IMG/VR virus record: IMGVR_UViG_3300048089_000093
Span: 21,241-85,240 of that record
DNA length: 64,000 nt
Reading direction: 5' to 3' (one strand)
DNA from: a virus
Lineage: Duplodnaviria > Caudoviricetes
The translations under genes and the position numbers were made by a program. The notes beneath the pieces were generated by a model that was given only the letters and a program-made list of their open reading frames with translations, was not told the origin of the DNA and searched no databases. Numbering within the stretch: position 1 is the stretch's first letter; each line of letters opens with the position of its first letter. This document shows, piece by piece, positions 37,872-46,664 of the stretch.

Positions 37872-38654
37872 TTACTCCGCCGGCACTGCTTCGAGTTTGG
37901 CGATCACCGCGCTCGCCGGCACGATCAGGGCGCGCACCGGCTCGGGGATGAACGGCACGTGCTTCTTCAGCTCCGGGAAGTCTTCGATGAACCGCTCGAT
38001 CGTCTTGCGCTGCTCGAACGCGGCCAACAGCTCGCGGCTGAGCAACGCCTGCTCGGTGTAGACCTCCAGCATCCTGACCTGCAGCTCGCACGCCTGCAGC
38101 CAGTCCGCGTCGCGCACGAACTTCGTGGCGTTGCCGTACTCCTTGCCCTTCTCCCACGATGACTTGGGCTTCAGAAACAGAGCCGAGTGCCCGACCGGGC
38201 CGACGCGCGGATACCGGTTGGACATTGCCATCTCCATCGGCCCCTTAATCAGCGTGTCGCTCCTGTTGAGGAACGTCGGGCCGCCTCCGTTGAACTCGCG
38301 ATTGCCGCACGGAGCCTTGTCGAACTTCGGAGAAAGATAGAAGCTGCTGTCGTGACTGGTCGACCCCTTCAGTGACTTCGCGCACGCGGCGATCCGGTCG
38401 GTGAGCGGCTTCATGTTCGTCGGCCTCATCCAATCCAGCGCGAACGCGGTCTTGTTCATCGTTGCTGCGACGCCGGGCTTCTCGTCGTAGATCTGTTGCG
38501 CTTCGGCGTCGAACAGCGAGGGAAGCAGGCGCTGCTCCAGCGCGGCCACTTTCTTTGCGTGGTCCTTATTAACTTTTGCGTAACGCTCTGCAATTACGCT
38601 CTGCACAATTCCAGCAAGGTGGGGTATGATGCTGGTGCGTCGTAGTTGGGACAT
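37872..38654 (-). CDS. Nmad5-like protein
   Basis: C-terminal TI.R.IE.FPE.K...P...P....LIV pattern; size and phage context fit. Confidence 0.5.
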   Translation of the reverse strand: MSQLRRTSIIPHLAGIVQSVIAERYAKVNKDHAKKVAALEQRLLPSLFDAEAQQIYDEKPGVAATMNKTAFALDWMRPTNMKPLTDRIAACAKSLKGSTSHDSSFYLSPKFDKAPCGNREFNGGGPTFLNRSDTLIKGPMEMAMSNRYPRVGPVGHSALFLKPKSSWEKGKEYGNATKFVRDADWLQACELQVRMLEVYTEQALLSRELLAAFEQRKTIERFIEDFPELKKHVPFIPEPVRALIVPASAVIAKLEAVPAE

Positions 38655-38690
38655 GTGGGGTTCCTCTGGGACTGGGACGTAAGGGACAGG

Positions 38691-38723
38691 AAGGCCCGCT
38701 ATCGAAAGGTAGCGGGCTTTTTC
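38691..38723. terminator. GC hairpin / terminator (U-tract on the + strand)
   Basis: GCCCGCTA-tcgaaagg-TAGCGGGC followed by TTTTT. Confidence 0.55.
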
Positions 38724-39121
38724 TATTTCAGTTCGGCTTCAGCTCGCACACGTTGCAGTGCTAAGTACAGCCACGTGCCGTCGAGGCGCGGAAGCATAGC
38801 ATCGACTGTGTTCACTGCGGTAGTAATCGGCAGGCGTTCGTAGGGCGTCACCGCTATCGGCAGGCCGCGCTCGCAGAGCGCACGCAGTGCGAGCGAGCCC
38901 GAGTTCAGCAGGACGACCTCGTCCTTGAACTGGGGTTTACCCTCCACTGCGAAGCGCGCCATGTCCAGCCCTTCCTGTAGCTGCTCGATCGTCTCCCATG
39001 AGGCGTAAGCAGTGCTGAGCACCACGAGCGCGCTGTGAAGTCCCATGCGGACCTGGTCAGCAAGCTCCTTCGTCACCGGCAGCCTCTTGAGCCGAACCTT
39101 GCGGTGGGCGCTCTTTCTCAT
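38723..39121 (-). CDS. Hypothetical protein
   Basis: ATG overlaps the upstream TGA (ATGA coupling). Confidence 0.6.
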   Translation of the reverse strand: MRKSAHRKVRLKRLPVTKELADQVRMGLHSALVVLSTAYASWETIEQLQEGLDMARFAVEGKPQFKDEVVLLNSGSLALRALCERGLPIAVTPYERLPITTAVNTVDAMLPRLDGTWLYLALQRVRAEAELK

Positions 39122-39705
39122 TGCAGCCGCTGCCCGCCGCTGTCGACCAGCGTCACGCCTTCTTTCTTCCAAGCGATGGGCGCGGTCACGAACGCTTCGG
39201 GCATCGTCGAGATGAACCCGACCATGCGCTCCAGCTCCTTGTTCAGCTCATACGCGCCGGCACGACCGCGGCGGTGTTCGAGCAGCGCATCGGCCGCGAG
39301 CAGCACGACGTGCATCGCCGTCGCCTTCCTCTCGACCAGATCGGGGATCACCGAGTCGGTCACCATCGTCAGCAGGTCGCCGACCGTGGTGCTCTGCGCA
39401 GCTGCTGCGTGCTGCTGGTAGCCCATGTTCAGGTAGGTCGACATCTGCTGCACGAAGCTGAGCTGCACTTCGAGTGTGCCGTCGGGCACCTTCACCGTCC
39501 ACGCGCCCTTGTGCTCAGCCGGCATGTCCATCTGGCCGGTATCGCTGATCGGGTACTGGCGGTACAGGTAGATGTTGCCCGTGCGGATGTTGCCCAGCGG
39601 GATCACATTGCGGTTGAACGATGCGAACACATCGCCGGTATCTGGATCGAATATCACGCGCTGCGCCACGTCGTAGACCTGTGCAGCCATTTGCTTGTTT
39701 TCCAT
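39118..39705 (-). CDS. Hypothetical protein
   Basis: 195 aa, typical codon use. Confidence 0.65.
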   Translation of the reverse strand: MENKQMAAQVYDVAQRVIFDPDTGDVFASFNRNVIPLGNIRTGNIYLYRQYPISDTGQMDMPAEHKGAWTVKVPDGTLEVQLSFVQQMSTYLNMGYQQHAAAAQSTTVGDLLTMVTDSVIPDLVERKATAMHVVLLAADALLEHRRGRAGAYELNKELERMVGFISTMPEAFVTAPIAWKKEGVTLVDSGGQRLQ

Positions 39706-39716
39706 TTCTGGTCCTG

Positions 39717-39923
39717 TCAGGGCTTGAAGCCTGGTTGAAGTTCGTACCCTTCTTCGACGACCTTGAAATAGCGTGGCGCCTCTGCGTGCTGGACGCTGTT
39801 GATCGCCTTGCAGATCGTTTCCGCCTGCTCCTTGCGAAACAGTGGGGGTAGGTTTTCTACGAACTTTTCGTTCGGATAATCGCCAGCGAAATTGTCGGTG
39901 TTGACGATGAGAAATCTGGTCAT
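39717..39923 (-). CDS. Hypothetical protein
   Basis: GAGG SD; D.F.GDYP.E.F motif seen in small phage proteins. Confidence 0.6.
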   Translation of the reverse strand: MTRFLIVNTDNFAGDYPNEKFVENLPPLFRKEQAETICKAINSVQHAEAPRYFKVVEEGYELQPGFKP

Positions 39924-39930
39924 GCGCACC

Positions 39931-40329
39931 TCAAAGCGGAATGAAGTCAGGCTCGTACAGATCCTCTGCAGCCGCGCAGTACTGTACGAACTCCAGAAAC
40001 GACTCGCGCGACATCGTGCGTGGCGGCTCCTCCAGACCTCGGGTCGTGTAGATGCTGCCTTCGATGATGTGCGCGCGAGCCGCGTCCGTGAGACGCACTG
40101 GCACAGGGTACGGCGCGATGTTCGGCATCTCGTTGTCGAGATAGAGCGAGCGCACGCCCGCTTCCGTCAGGACCGTCACGAGCTTGGGCCGCCCGGCCTT
40201 GACGTTCGGAAGCTGGATCGTCCGCGCGTACCGTGCGTGAGTGTGCGCGATCCGGCCGCGGTAGCTCGTCAGCGCGTCGCGCATCTCCTTGTCCCGGTGG
40301 ACGTCGGCCACGTCGTACCACTTTTCCAT
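39931..40329 (-). CDS. Hypothetical protein
   Basis: AAGGAG SD. Confidence 0.6.
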   Translation of the reverse strand: MEKWYDVADVHRDKEMRDALTSYRGRIAHTHARYARTIQLPNVKAGRPKLVTVLTEAGVRSLYLDNEMPNIAPYPVPVRLTDAARAHIIEGSIYTTRGLEEPPRTMSRESFLEFVQYCAAAEDLYEPDFIPL

Positions 40330-40339
40330 GTGCTTCTCC

Positions 40340-40987
40340 TTAGCTGTTGCGCGCGTCGGCGCCGCCCTTATCGGCGCGCGCCTCAGCCGCTGCGTTGCTG
40401 TAGCCCGCGCTGCCGTAGCGGCCCTTGTCGCCCTGCAGCTTGTCGATGTTCTGCTGCAGCACGTCCTCGAAGCTCGCGCCGATCAGGTGGCAGGCGTCCT
40501 GAATCAGTTTGATGATCGAGCACATGACGGTCTGTGCGTGGGTATCGGAGCCCTCCATGTTCTGGATGTAGCGGCCGATCTCGACGCCCAGCGTGAGGGT
40601 CACGTCAAGCAGCAGGGCGCTGCGCACTGCGTCGTTCAGGCTGCCGAGTTCCTCAACCGTCAGGACGGGGAAGCCCATCTGCGCAGCTGTGATCATCGCC
40701 CACGAGCTGTCAGTGTTCAGAACGTCGCCCGCGACCGTGCCGAACACGTTGAACGGGATCACTGCGTAGAACATCGCGTCGCCCAGTTCTTCGATCATGT
40801 GGTCGACGAGCGTCTTGCCGTCCTTCACGTCGAGCAGTTTCTTTTCGTAGACCGAGACGCGCTTGACCTGCGTTGCGAACTCGCCGATTTCCGTCTGCAG
40901 GCCGATCGCCGCGTGACTCAGGCGCATCTCGCGCGGATACTGTTTCTCAGTTTTCTGAGAGAGGGACTGATAGAGGTTGAGGTCCAT
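40340..40987 (-). CDS. mazG: MazG-like NTP pyrophosphohydrolase
   Basis: H...G..TE.GE....VK, EELGD..FY, E.....NI.KL...RY. Confidence 0.85.
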   Translation of the reverse strand: MDLNLYQSLSQKTEKQYPREMRLSHAAIGLQTEIGEFATQVKRVSVYEKKLLDVKDGKTLVDHMIEELGDAMFYAVIPFNVFGTVAGDVLNTDSSWAMITAAQMGFPVLTVEELGSLNDAVRSALLLDVTLTLGVEIGRYIQNMEGSDTHAQTVMCSIIKLIQDACHLIGASFEDVLQQNIDKLQGDKGRYGSAGYSNAAAEARADKGGADARNS

Positions 40988-41063
40988 GTTTTTATCCGAT
41001 TAAAGGGATTGATAGCTTACTACAGGGTGGGTTCGTTTGTTAGGGGTACTGACCGTTTTGTTG

Positions 41064-41252
41064 CTACGAGTCAACGAACTCGATCTTCTCGCCGCGGCGG
41101 TGCGCCTCGGCGTACAACTCCTTCATCGACAGCGGCTCACCAACGCTGCCGTCGCGGTCCTCGATTCGGTAGCGCGTCGACAGGATGTCGTGCTGCTCGC
41201 GCGTCCCCACGCCACGGTTCGGCCTGGCGCGGATCTCCGTAATAACTCGCAT
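41064..41252 (-). CDS. Hypothetical protein
   Basis: GGAG SD, 62 aa. Confidence 0.45.
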   Translation of the reverse strand: MRVITEIRARPNRGVGTREQHDILSTRYRIEDRDGSVGEPLSMKELYAEAHRRGEKIEFVDS

Positions 41253-41661
41253 GGGTCATCTCCCAGACCGCGCTCACCGGCTGCGGTCGTTTGTCGATCA
41301 GTTCTTGAGGCAACAGGTCTGGAGTGATCCAGTCCGCGAGGGGCTCCGGCCCGCAGACCAGGCTGTACATCAGCCACGTATCGGTCTTCATCCAGGTAGC
41401 GACGCGGCGCTCCAACGCTGCGAAGTCCACGCTGAACGGTTTGCACGGCGGGAAGTCGTGGCACAGCGCCAACATCAACCTGTCGTTGTTTTCGCCCTGC
41501 TCTACCCAGTTCGGTGCGCCACGAAATTGGTCAACACTGAGAGAACGGATGCGTCCGGTCGGCCCGAAGTACTCGATCAGCGGAGGCTGCGGGTACCCAC
41601 GCATAAACCCCATCTCGTCCACGATGTCCAAGGGGTAAGCCCTTTCGTCGAAGTTCGGCAT
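41137..41661 (-). CDS. Hypothetical protein
   Basis: 3' part of the 443-aa track ORF, starting MPNFDER after the upstream gene's stop. Confidence 0.5.
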   Translation of the reverse strand: MPNFDERAYPLDIVDEMGFMRGYPQPPLIEYFGPTGRIRSLSVDQFRGAPNWVEQGENNDRLMLALCHDFPPCKPFSVDFAALERRVATWMKTDTWLMYSLVCGPEPLADWITPDLLPQELIDKRPQPVSAVWEMTHASYYGDPRQAEPWRGDARAARHPVDALPNRGPRRQRW

Positions 41662-41663
41662 GG

Positions 41664-42143
41664 TCACAGGTCCGTGTAGCGTGGGACCACCGTCGCGTCG
41701 CTCTCGTACAGCAGCGTCGCATCCGCGCCCTTCAACTCCTCGCGCAGCGCCTTCGAGTCTTCCGCCACCGCGTACTCGTTGCCCATCTTCAGGAGCACGA
41801 ACGGGATCAGGTTCTCGAAGCAGTACGCCATCACGAACCAGAGCATGCCTCGCGGGTTGGCGTCGTACTGCACGTGGTTGTCGGTGAACGACTTCACGAT
41901 CGCCTCCTTCGCCGCGCCCTTCCACTTGCCCTTCGGCTTGAACTGCACGAGCACGGCCGGCAGCGGCGTCTTCACGTGCTCCACGAACATGTGCTGAGCT
42001 ACGGTGTGGGCGTAGCCGAGCCGCGTATCTCCTGCCACCACCTCGTCCTTCCACCAGTCGATGGGAAACTTGGGGTGCTCGACGTCGCCGCGCTGTTCGA
42101 GGATCTCGCGCCAGTGCGCGGCGAGTGGCTTGTTTCGTCTCAT
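41664..42143 (-). CDS. Hypothetical protein (palindrome-associated start)
   Basis: Preceded by TCGGAAATTTCCGA-AGGAA. Confidence 0.7.
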   Translation of the reverse strand: MRRNKPLAAHWREILEQRGDVEHPKFPIDWWKDEVVAGDTRLGYAHTVAQHMFVEHVKTPLPAVLVQFKPKGKWKGAAKEAIVKSFTDNHVQYDANPRGMLWFVMAYCFENLIPFVLLKMGNEYAVAEDSKALREELKGADATLLYESDATVVPRYTDL

Positions 42144-42209
42144 GATGCGGTTCCTTCGGAAATTTCCGAAAAAATTTGGGCTGGTCCGGACACCTGTTCG
42201 GACCCCTAT

Positions 42210-42716
42210 TTAATCGTTGGCGAGCACCTTGGTCCTGGTGATCGCGCGGTGCTGCGCGGGCAGCTCCTTGGTCATGACGCCGCGGTCGTACTGGCCTGCG
42301 AAGATGTGCCAGATCTCGCCGCTGCAGTGCGCGAAGCTCGCGATCAGGTCGCCGCGACCGACGGCCGCTGGCATGGGTTCGCCGCAGCGCACGCGGTAGA
42401 AGGTGCGAGGGTCCATGCGCGTCGCAGAGACGTTCTCGATCACGTGCAACTCCACAGCGTCGGGGCACTCGCAGTCGCGGACGTAGAGCACGTCTGCGTC
42501 TTTTGGTAGGTCGACCAGTGCGATACCGTCGTCGCTAAACCACAGCATGTGAACGTGCAGGTGGTGGCTCATGTGCTTCCCCGTTTGTTGTTGGTCGTTA
42601 GCCGCGCGTCGGATCTCTCCCGCGCAGATCTTCGCGGCGCTGCGGAACAGGTGGTTTCGGGACTGCCCCACTACCTGTTCGCATATCTGCGCTGCAGCTT
42701 CCAGATCGTTAGTCAC
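42210..42716 (-). CDS. Hypothetical protein
   Basis: 168 aa, coupled to the upstream gene. Confidence 0.55.
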   Translation of the reverse strand: MTNDLEAAAQICEQVVGQSRNHLFRSAAKICAGEIRRAANDQQQTGKHMSHHLHVHMLWFSDDGIALVDLPKDADVLYVRDCECPDAVELHVIENVSATRMDPRTFYRVRCGEPMPAAVGRGDLIASFAHCSGEIWHIFAGQYDRGVMTKELPAQHRAITRTKVLAND

Positions 42717-43036
42717 GGTCCCTCGCTTTCTTCCAGTTTTGGTGCCGCGTTAAACAGCTGCTCGTACACCTGCACGCCGACCGTCGTCAGACACCAGTCG
42801 TTGCGCCGATGCTCGGTTGTGGCGCGCGTCAGGCCCATGCGTCGCAGCGCCTTGAACGCGCCGTAGACAAATACCATGTTGCCGCTTGCCGGCGCCCCGC
42901 GCCGCGCCTCGGGCATCAGTACTTCCTTGGCGCGCGCCGGGCCTTGCTCGCCGATCGCTTTCAGCACCTCGATGTGCCCTCGTGAGAGCGACAGGGCGAT
43001 CTGAAACGTCGCAATTTCGGGGTGCGAGGTCGTCAT
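42713..43036 (-). CDS. Putative winged helix-turn-helix DNA-binding protein
   Basis: VLKAI...GP....EV ... VY.AFK.LRRMGL ... W.LT..G..VY pattern of MarR/PadR-type wHTH. Confidence 0.5.
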   Translation of the reverse strand: MTTSHPEIATFQIALSLSRGHIEVLKAIGEQGPARAKEVLMPEARRGAPASGNMVFVYGAFKALRRMGLTRATTEHRRNDWCLTTVGVQVYEQLFNAAPKLEESEGP

Positions 43037-43045
43037 AAAAACTCC

Positions 43046-43074
43046 AGATTAATTGGGAATTACTAGTTTGTCAA
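43046..43074 (-). promoter_or_regulatory. Near-consensus sigma70 promoter
   Basis: Minus strand TTGACA(43074-43069)-17-TAATCT(43051-43046) directly upstream of the wHTH gene. Confidence 0.75.
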
Positions 43075-43080
43075 ACAGCC

Positions 43081-44067
43081 TTATTCTGCTGTGTGAATCT
43101 CAGCGGCAGTGCTTGCCGCTTCCTCGTAGACACCGATCTCGCGAGCGAAGCGTTCGATCTCGGCCCACGTGACGTTGTGGCAGCCTGCGCGGAAGTCGCC
43201 GTTCGGCTCGATCTCGTCGACCTGGAAGTGGCCGACCGGGACGCGGTGGCCGTTCTTCTGCCAGCGCGTGCCACTCATGCGAACCCACTTCACGAACTGG
43301 AACACGCGGACGGCGTGCTTCAGCGGCACTTCGGCGCCGAGCGAGGTCTGGACCGTGTCGTCGCCCTTCATGCGGAACATGACCGGCACGTTGCGGCCGA
43401 AACGGATGTTCTTGCCTGCGCGCCAGTCGTTCAGCTCGCCCTCCAGCGCCTTCAGTCGCGCAGCCTCCTGCACGGCCTTCGCCGCGTCACGCTTCTCCTT
43501 CTCGGCCTTGCGCCTGGCCTTCATTTCCGGCGTGTTGCGGTTTTCCCACGCCCGCTTGATCTCGATGAAGTCCACGTCCACCGACAGCCGCGGCGCCTTC
43601 AGATCGAACCAGTCGCAGTATTTACTGACGGTGTCCGCGGTATCAGCCATCTCGCTGATCGACGGCTCGCCGCGGTTGCGGGCCTGCCGCGCCTTGGCCT
43701 CCTCGTACCGCTCGACCAGGTACTTGAGGTTGCCCTCGTGCATCTCCTGTGCAGAGTACGCTGAGGGCGCCTTGCCGCCGTTCTCGCCGATGTAGGGCAC
43801 GCGCAGGTACATGTTCGGCATCAGCGCGTCACTGAGGCCGCTCAGCTGCTTGGTCTTCGTCGCGACCGAGTAGCCATCGCTCGTGATCAGCACGACAGAG
43901 CGGCCCCTGCTGATGCGGTGCCACTTCGCGATCGGCGTCTGATAGCTGTAGAGACGGTTGCCGACGAACCAGAACGTGCCTTCTCCGTTTTTGCCTCCGC
44001 TGCTCGCGTCCGACTCAGGATTCTGCTGTGCGAACAGGTGGCGGATCTGTGCGTTGGTGTGTGCCAT
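43081..44067 (-). CDS. Conserved phage hypothetical protein (palindrome-associated)
   Basis: F.GN.LYSY.T.IA and QTS.GA.VP...A ... GCH...W.EI motifs; palindrome+AGGAG upstream. Confidence 0.75.
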   Translation of the reverse strand: MAHTNAQIRHLFAQQNPESDASSGGKNGEGTFWFVGNRLYSYQTPIAKWHRISRGRSVVLITSDGYSVATKTKQLSGLSDALMPNMYLRVPYIGENGGKAPSAYSAQEMHEGNLKYLVERYEEAKARQARNRGEPSISEMADTADTVSKYCDWFDLKAPRLSVDVDFIEIKRAWENRNTPEMKARRKAEKEKRDAAKAVQEAARLKALEGELNDWRAGKNIRFGRNVPVMFRMKGDDTVQTSLGAEVPLKHAVRVFQFVKWVRMSGTRWQKNGHRVPVGHFQVDEIEPNGDFRAGCHNVTWAEIERFAREIGVYEEAASTAAEIHTAE

Positions 44068-44127
44068 TTTGAAACTCCTTCGGAAATTTCCGATAGTTGG
44101 TGCGGCCCCGCTCGGGGCCGCTGTTGC

Positions 44128-44559
44128 TTACGCCGCGCGCGGCGAGTCGGACCGCAGAACCTGAGCGATGTGATCCAGATCGCTCAGGCTGACCTTCACG
44201 GATGGCGCCGGCGCGGCGCCCTGATACGCGAGTGGCCGCAGACGCTCCAGACGGTCACGCAGCATCTTGACCTTGGCGCACATCTCCTCGGCCTGAGCTT
44301 CCACCTCCAGCAGCTCCAGACGCGCTCTGGCGGCCCCGCGCTTCACCCGGCTGTCCAGCAGGTCGCCGTCACTCTCGCGGCCCTCCAGACGGCGGATACG
44401 GCCCCGCAGCAGCGTCGCTTTCGCGCAGAACTCCTCAGCCATCCCTTCGGCTTCGAGCAGCTGCATGTCGGTGCGGTGTAGTTCGCGTTCCGCCTTCAGG
44501 ATCGGCGTGTCGCCGACGATTCCCCAGACGATGCCGAGATCACGAAGCGCTCGAAGCAT
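44128..44559 (-). CDS. Hypothetical coiled-coil protein
   Basis: GGAGGT SD; internal duplicated motif AEEFCAK/AEEMCAK. Confidence 0.6.
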   Translation of the reverse strand: MLRALRDLGIVWGIVGDTPILKAERELHRTDMQLLEAEGMAEEFCAKATLLRGRIRRLEGRESDGDLLDSRVKRGAARARLELLEVEAQAEEMCAKVKMLRDRLERLRPLAYQGAAPAPSVKVSLSDLDHIAQVLRSDSPRAA

Positions 44560-44752
44560 GGCTCACCTCCGACTTGCCGAAGTTGAACATCACGCGGTGA
44601 TTGACCGTGTGCTCGATGTAGCCGTAAGCGCCCTTCTTTTCCAGCTCGGCCGCTTTCTTCTTCAGGTTCTCCAGGCTCGCGCCTTCGTTGACCTGATATT
44701 TTCCGGTCTTCAGCGTCGCGCGAATCCGGTATTTCTTTTCTGCGAGTGCCAT
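44540..44752 (-). CDS. Hypothetical basic protein
   Basis: AAGGAG SD. Confidence 0.55.
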   Translation of the reverse strand: MALAEKKYRIRATLKTGKYQVNEGASLENLKKKAAELEKKGAYGYIEHTVNHRVMFNFGKSEVSHASSAS

Positions 44753-44802
44753 TCAAGTTCTCCTTCGAGGTGGGACTGCTTCGTTCAACGAACGAATTGA
44801 AA

Positions 44803-45030
44803 TTATGCCAGGGTCTTTGCTTCGTCGGGCACGGTCCAGAACCACGCCTGATCGTGTTGCTCCAGCACAACGCCGAACTGCGCGGCGAAGCTGTTGATCA
44901 GGTCGTCGGTTCCGGCCGCAGCCTCCTGTCCAGCGCGCCACGTAGGGTAGCCGCGGCGCACATAGTCCAGTTCGACGACGGCCCCGTCAAACGCTGCGTT
45001 GGCGTCTGCGTAGGGTCCATATCTCATCAT
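44803..45030 (-). CDS. Hypothetical protein
   Basis: GAGGT SD after the ardA stop. Confidence 0.5.
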   Translation of the reverse strand: MMRYGPYADANAAFDGAVVELDYVRRGYPTWRAGQEAAAGTDDLINSFAAQFGVVLEQHDQAWFWTVPDEAKTLA

Positions 45031-45034
45031 TACC

Positions 45035-45676
45035 TCACAAGTCGCGGAAAAAGTGACCACCGGACTCGGAGTGACCATGTCGCAGCTCTCCGTCCCAGTA
45101 GCGCTCCCAGTCGATGTAACTGAAGAACGGGTTGTCTGATTCGATCGAACCAGTCTCCAACGCCCACTCTTCGGCGAACTTTGCTGGGCTGTCGTAGTAG
45201 CCGATATATGCCTCGCGAAACTTCTCGACCGTCACGTCCTTGATGTCGCCGCTCTGCATGTCGTTGACGTAGATCATGAACGCTTCGATCTCATCGTCGT
45301 CGTTCAGGTCTCCGAGCTTTTCTTCGAGATCAGCGATCTCGGACATCGAGGTGTACTCGCCGATCAGTCCGCTAGGGAAACCTTCATGGTCGTGGATCGC
45401 GTACTCTTCGGAGGCCGGAAGCTTGCCTTCACCTTTGCAGCGAGAGCACGCTACAGCGGCGCTCTCGTCACTCAGCTCGACGCTGCTCTCGCCTTCGCAG
45501 TCCGGGCAATCGATCATGACGTTCGGAAACTTGCTAGTGAGAAACACCTTGTCGCGGATCTCATTCGACAGATCGTCCGCGTCCATGCCTTCAGTCTCGA
45601 TCCACGTGCCATGCAGAACGCCGTTGTTATACGACGCGAGGCATGCCACGTAGACGCGGCGTGTTGTTGTGCTCAT
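45035..45676 (-). CDS. ardA: Antirestriction protein ArdA (DNA mimic) with Cys4 insertion
   Basis: VYVACL.SYN.G.L.G.W, EYAIHD.EG, GEY, Y.G.Y.S...FAEE, YID.E.Y; very acidic. Confidence 0.88.
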   Translation of the reverse strand: MSTTTRRVYVACLASYNNGVLHGTWIETEGMDADDLSNEIRDKVFLTSKFPNVMIDCPDCEGESSVELSDESAAVACSRCKGEGKLPASEEYAIHDHEGFPSGLIGEYTSMSEIADLEEKLGDLNDDDEIEAFMIYVNDMQSGDIKDVTVEKFREAYIGYYDSPAKFAEEWALETGSIESDNPFFSYIDWERYWDGELRHGHSESGGHFFRDL

Positions 45677-45715
45677 GATGCTCTCCGTTCGGAAGTTTCC
45701 GAAAAGTGCTGCTGG

Positions 45716-46066
45716 TTAATGCGTCGGGATGTCGAGGATCTTTACCTCGTACGAGTCAACGTTGAAACCAAGTCGGTCGATAAACGCTCGAACCTGAGAC
45801 TCGTTATCGAACGGCCCGTAGAACTGGTAACCGTCAGATATGGTGCCGCGGACCACGAGCAGTGGGCATTCGCCGCTTCCGCGCTGCCAGGCAGGCGTGT
45901 TGGGGTCAGCCGGCTCGTCGCTGCACGCTTCCTTAATGCGAGAAAGCAGTTGATCAACGGCAGGCACGCCCGCGCCGAGCCTAGGCTCTAACCGCTCGAC
46001 CATAGTCTCCAGCGCTTCCTGCAGAATGCTGCACTCAGTCCCGCTCAGATCGAGGAATGCCATCAC
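45716..46066 (-). CDS. Hypothetical protein
   Basis: Coupled to the upstream stop. Confidence 0.55.
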   Translation of the reverse strand: MMAFLDLSGTECSILQEALETMVERLEPRLGAGVPAVDQLLSRIKEACSDEPADPNTPAWQRGSGECPLLVVRGTISDGYQFYGPFDNESQVRAFIDRLGFNVDSYEVKILDIPTH

Positions 46067-46629
46067 ATGTACTCCCGCAGGTTCGGCTGCTCGATCTCAT
46101 CCAGCAGCGCGATTCGATAGATGTCAGCCAGGTACTCCTTCGTCATGTTCCGGTCGCGGCCGGTTACGCGGCTGATCTCGATCTTGCCGATGAACGAGGG
46201 CTTCACGAAGATCGTGTAGTCTTCCCAGCCGACGTACATGCCGTGCTCGTTCATGTGGTGGTAGGCGCAATCGAACACGAGCATGTCGCGGCGCAGCGAC
46301 GTGACGCGGTCGAGCTTCGTGCCGTTGTCGACGCCGCTGCCGCTGGGCAGGTGGTTCTTCACCATGTCGTCGATGTACATATCCCACGCCTGCTCCATGC
46401 TGCGGCGGTCGTTCCCGCCGCGCTTGCAGTTGTCCCACGCCGACAGCGCGCTGAACAGCATCTCGTAGACGGGGCGCTTCTGCGTGGGGGCCGGGTTCAA
46501 CTCGCGACAGACGACCTTCGCCTGCTCCGCGTTCAACCCCACAACGAATGTGCGCTGTGGGGTGGCCTGCGTGTCCTTGACCTCCCACCCGTGGGGGATG
46601 TTCTCGTACGCTTCGTAGCGCTTGCTCAT
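46063..46629 (-). CDS. Conserved phage hypothetical protein (palindrome-associated)
   Basis: LPSGSG.D.GTK.D...HHMNE.G.Y.GW motif; palindrome+AGGAG upstream. Confidence 0.75.
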   Translation of the reverse strand: MSKRYEAYENIPHGWEVKDTQATPQRTFVVGLNAEQAKVVCRELNPAPTQKRPVYEMLFSALSAWDNCKRGGNDRRSMEQAWDMYIDDMVKNHLPSGSGVDNGTKLDRVTSLRRDMLVFDCAYHHMNEHGMYVGWEDYTIFVKPSFIGKIEISRVTGRDRNMTKEYLADIYRIALLDEIEQPNLREYM

Positions 46630-46664
46630 GATGCTCTCCTTCGGAAATTTCCGATCAGGTTGGG

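Noticed and set aside
21065-40987. Z-genome (2-aminoadenine) system from HD + MazG + PolA
   Set aside because: No purZ in the window and these enzymes are common in unmodified phages; left as a low-weight possibility only.
41137-42468. Single 443-aa ORF from the track
   Set aside because: The 5' two-thirds is an off-frame read across real genes 41664-42143 and 42210-42716; only 41137-41661 is plausible.
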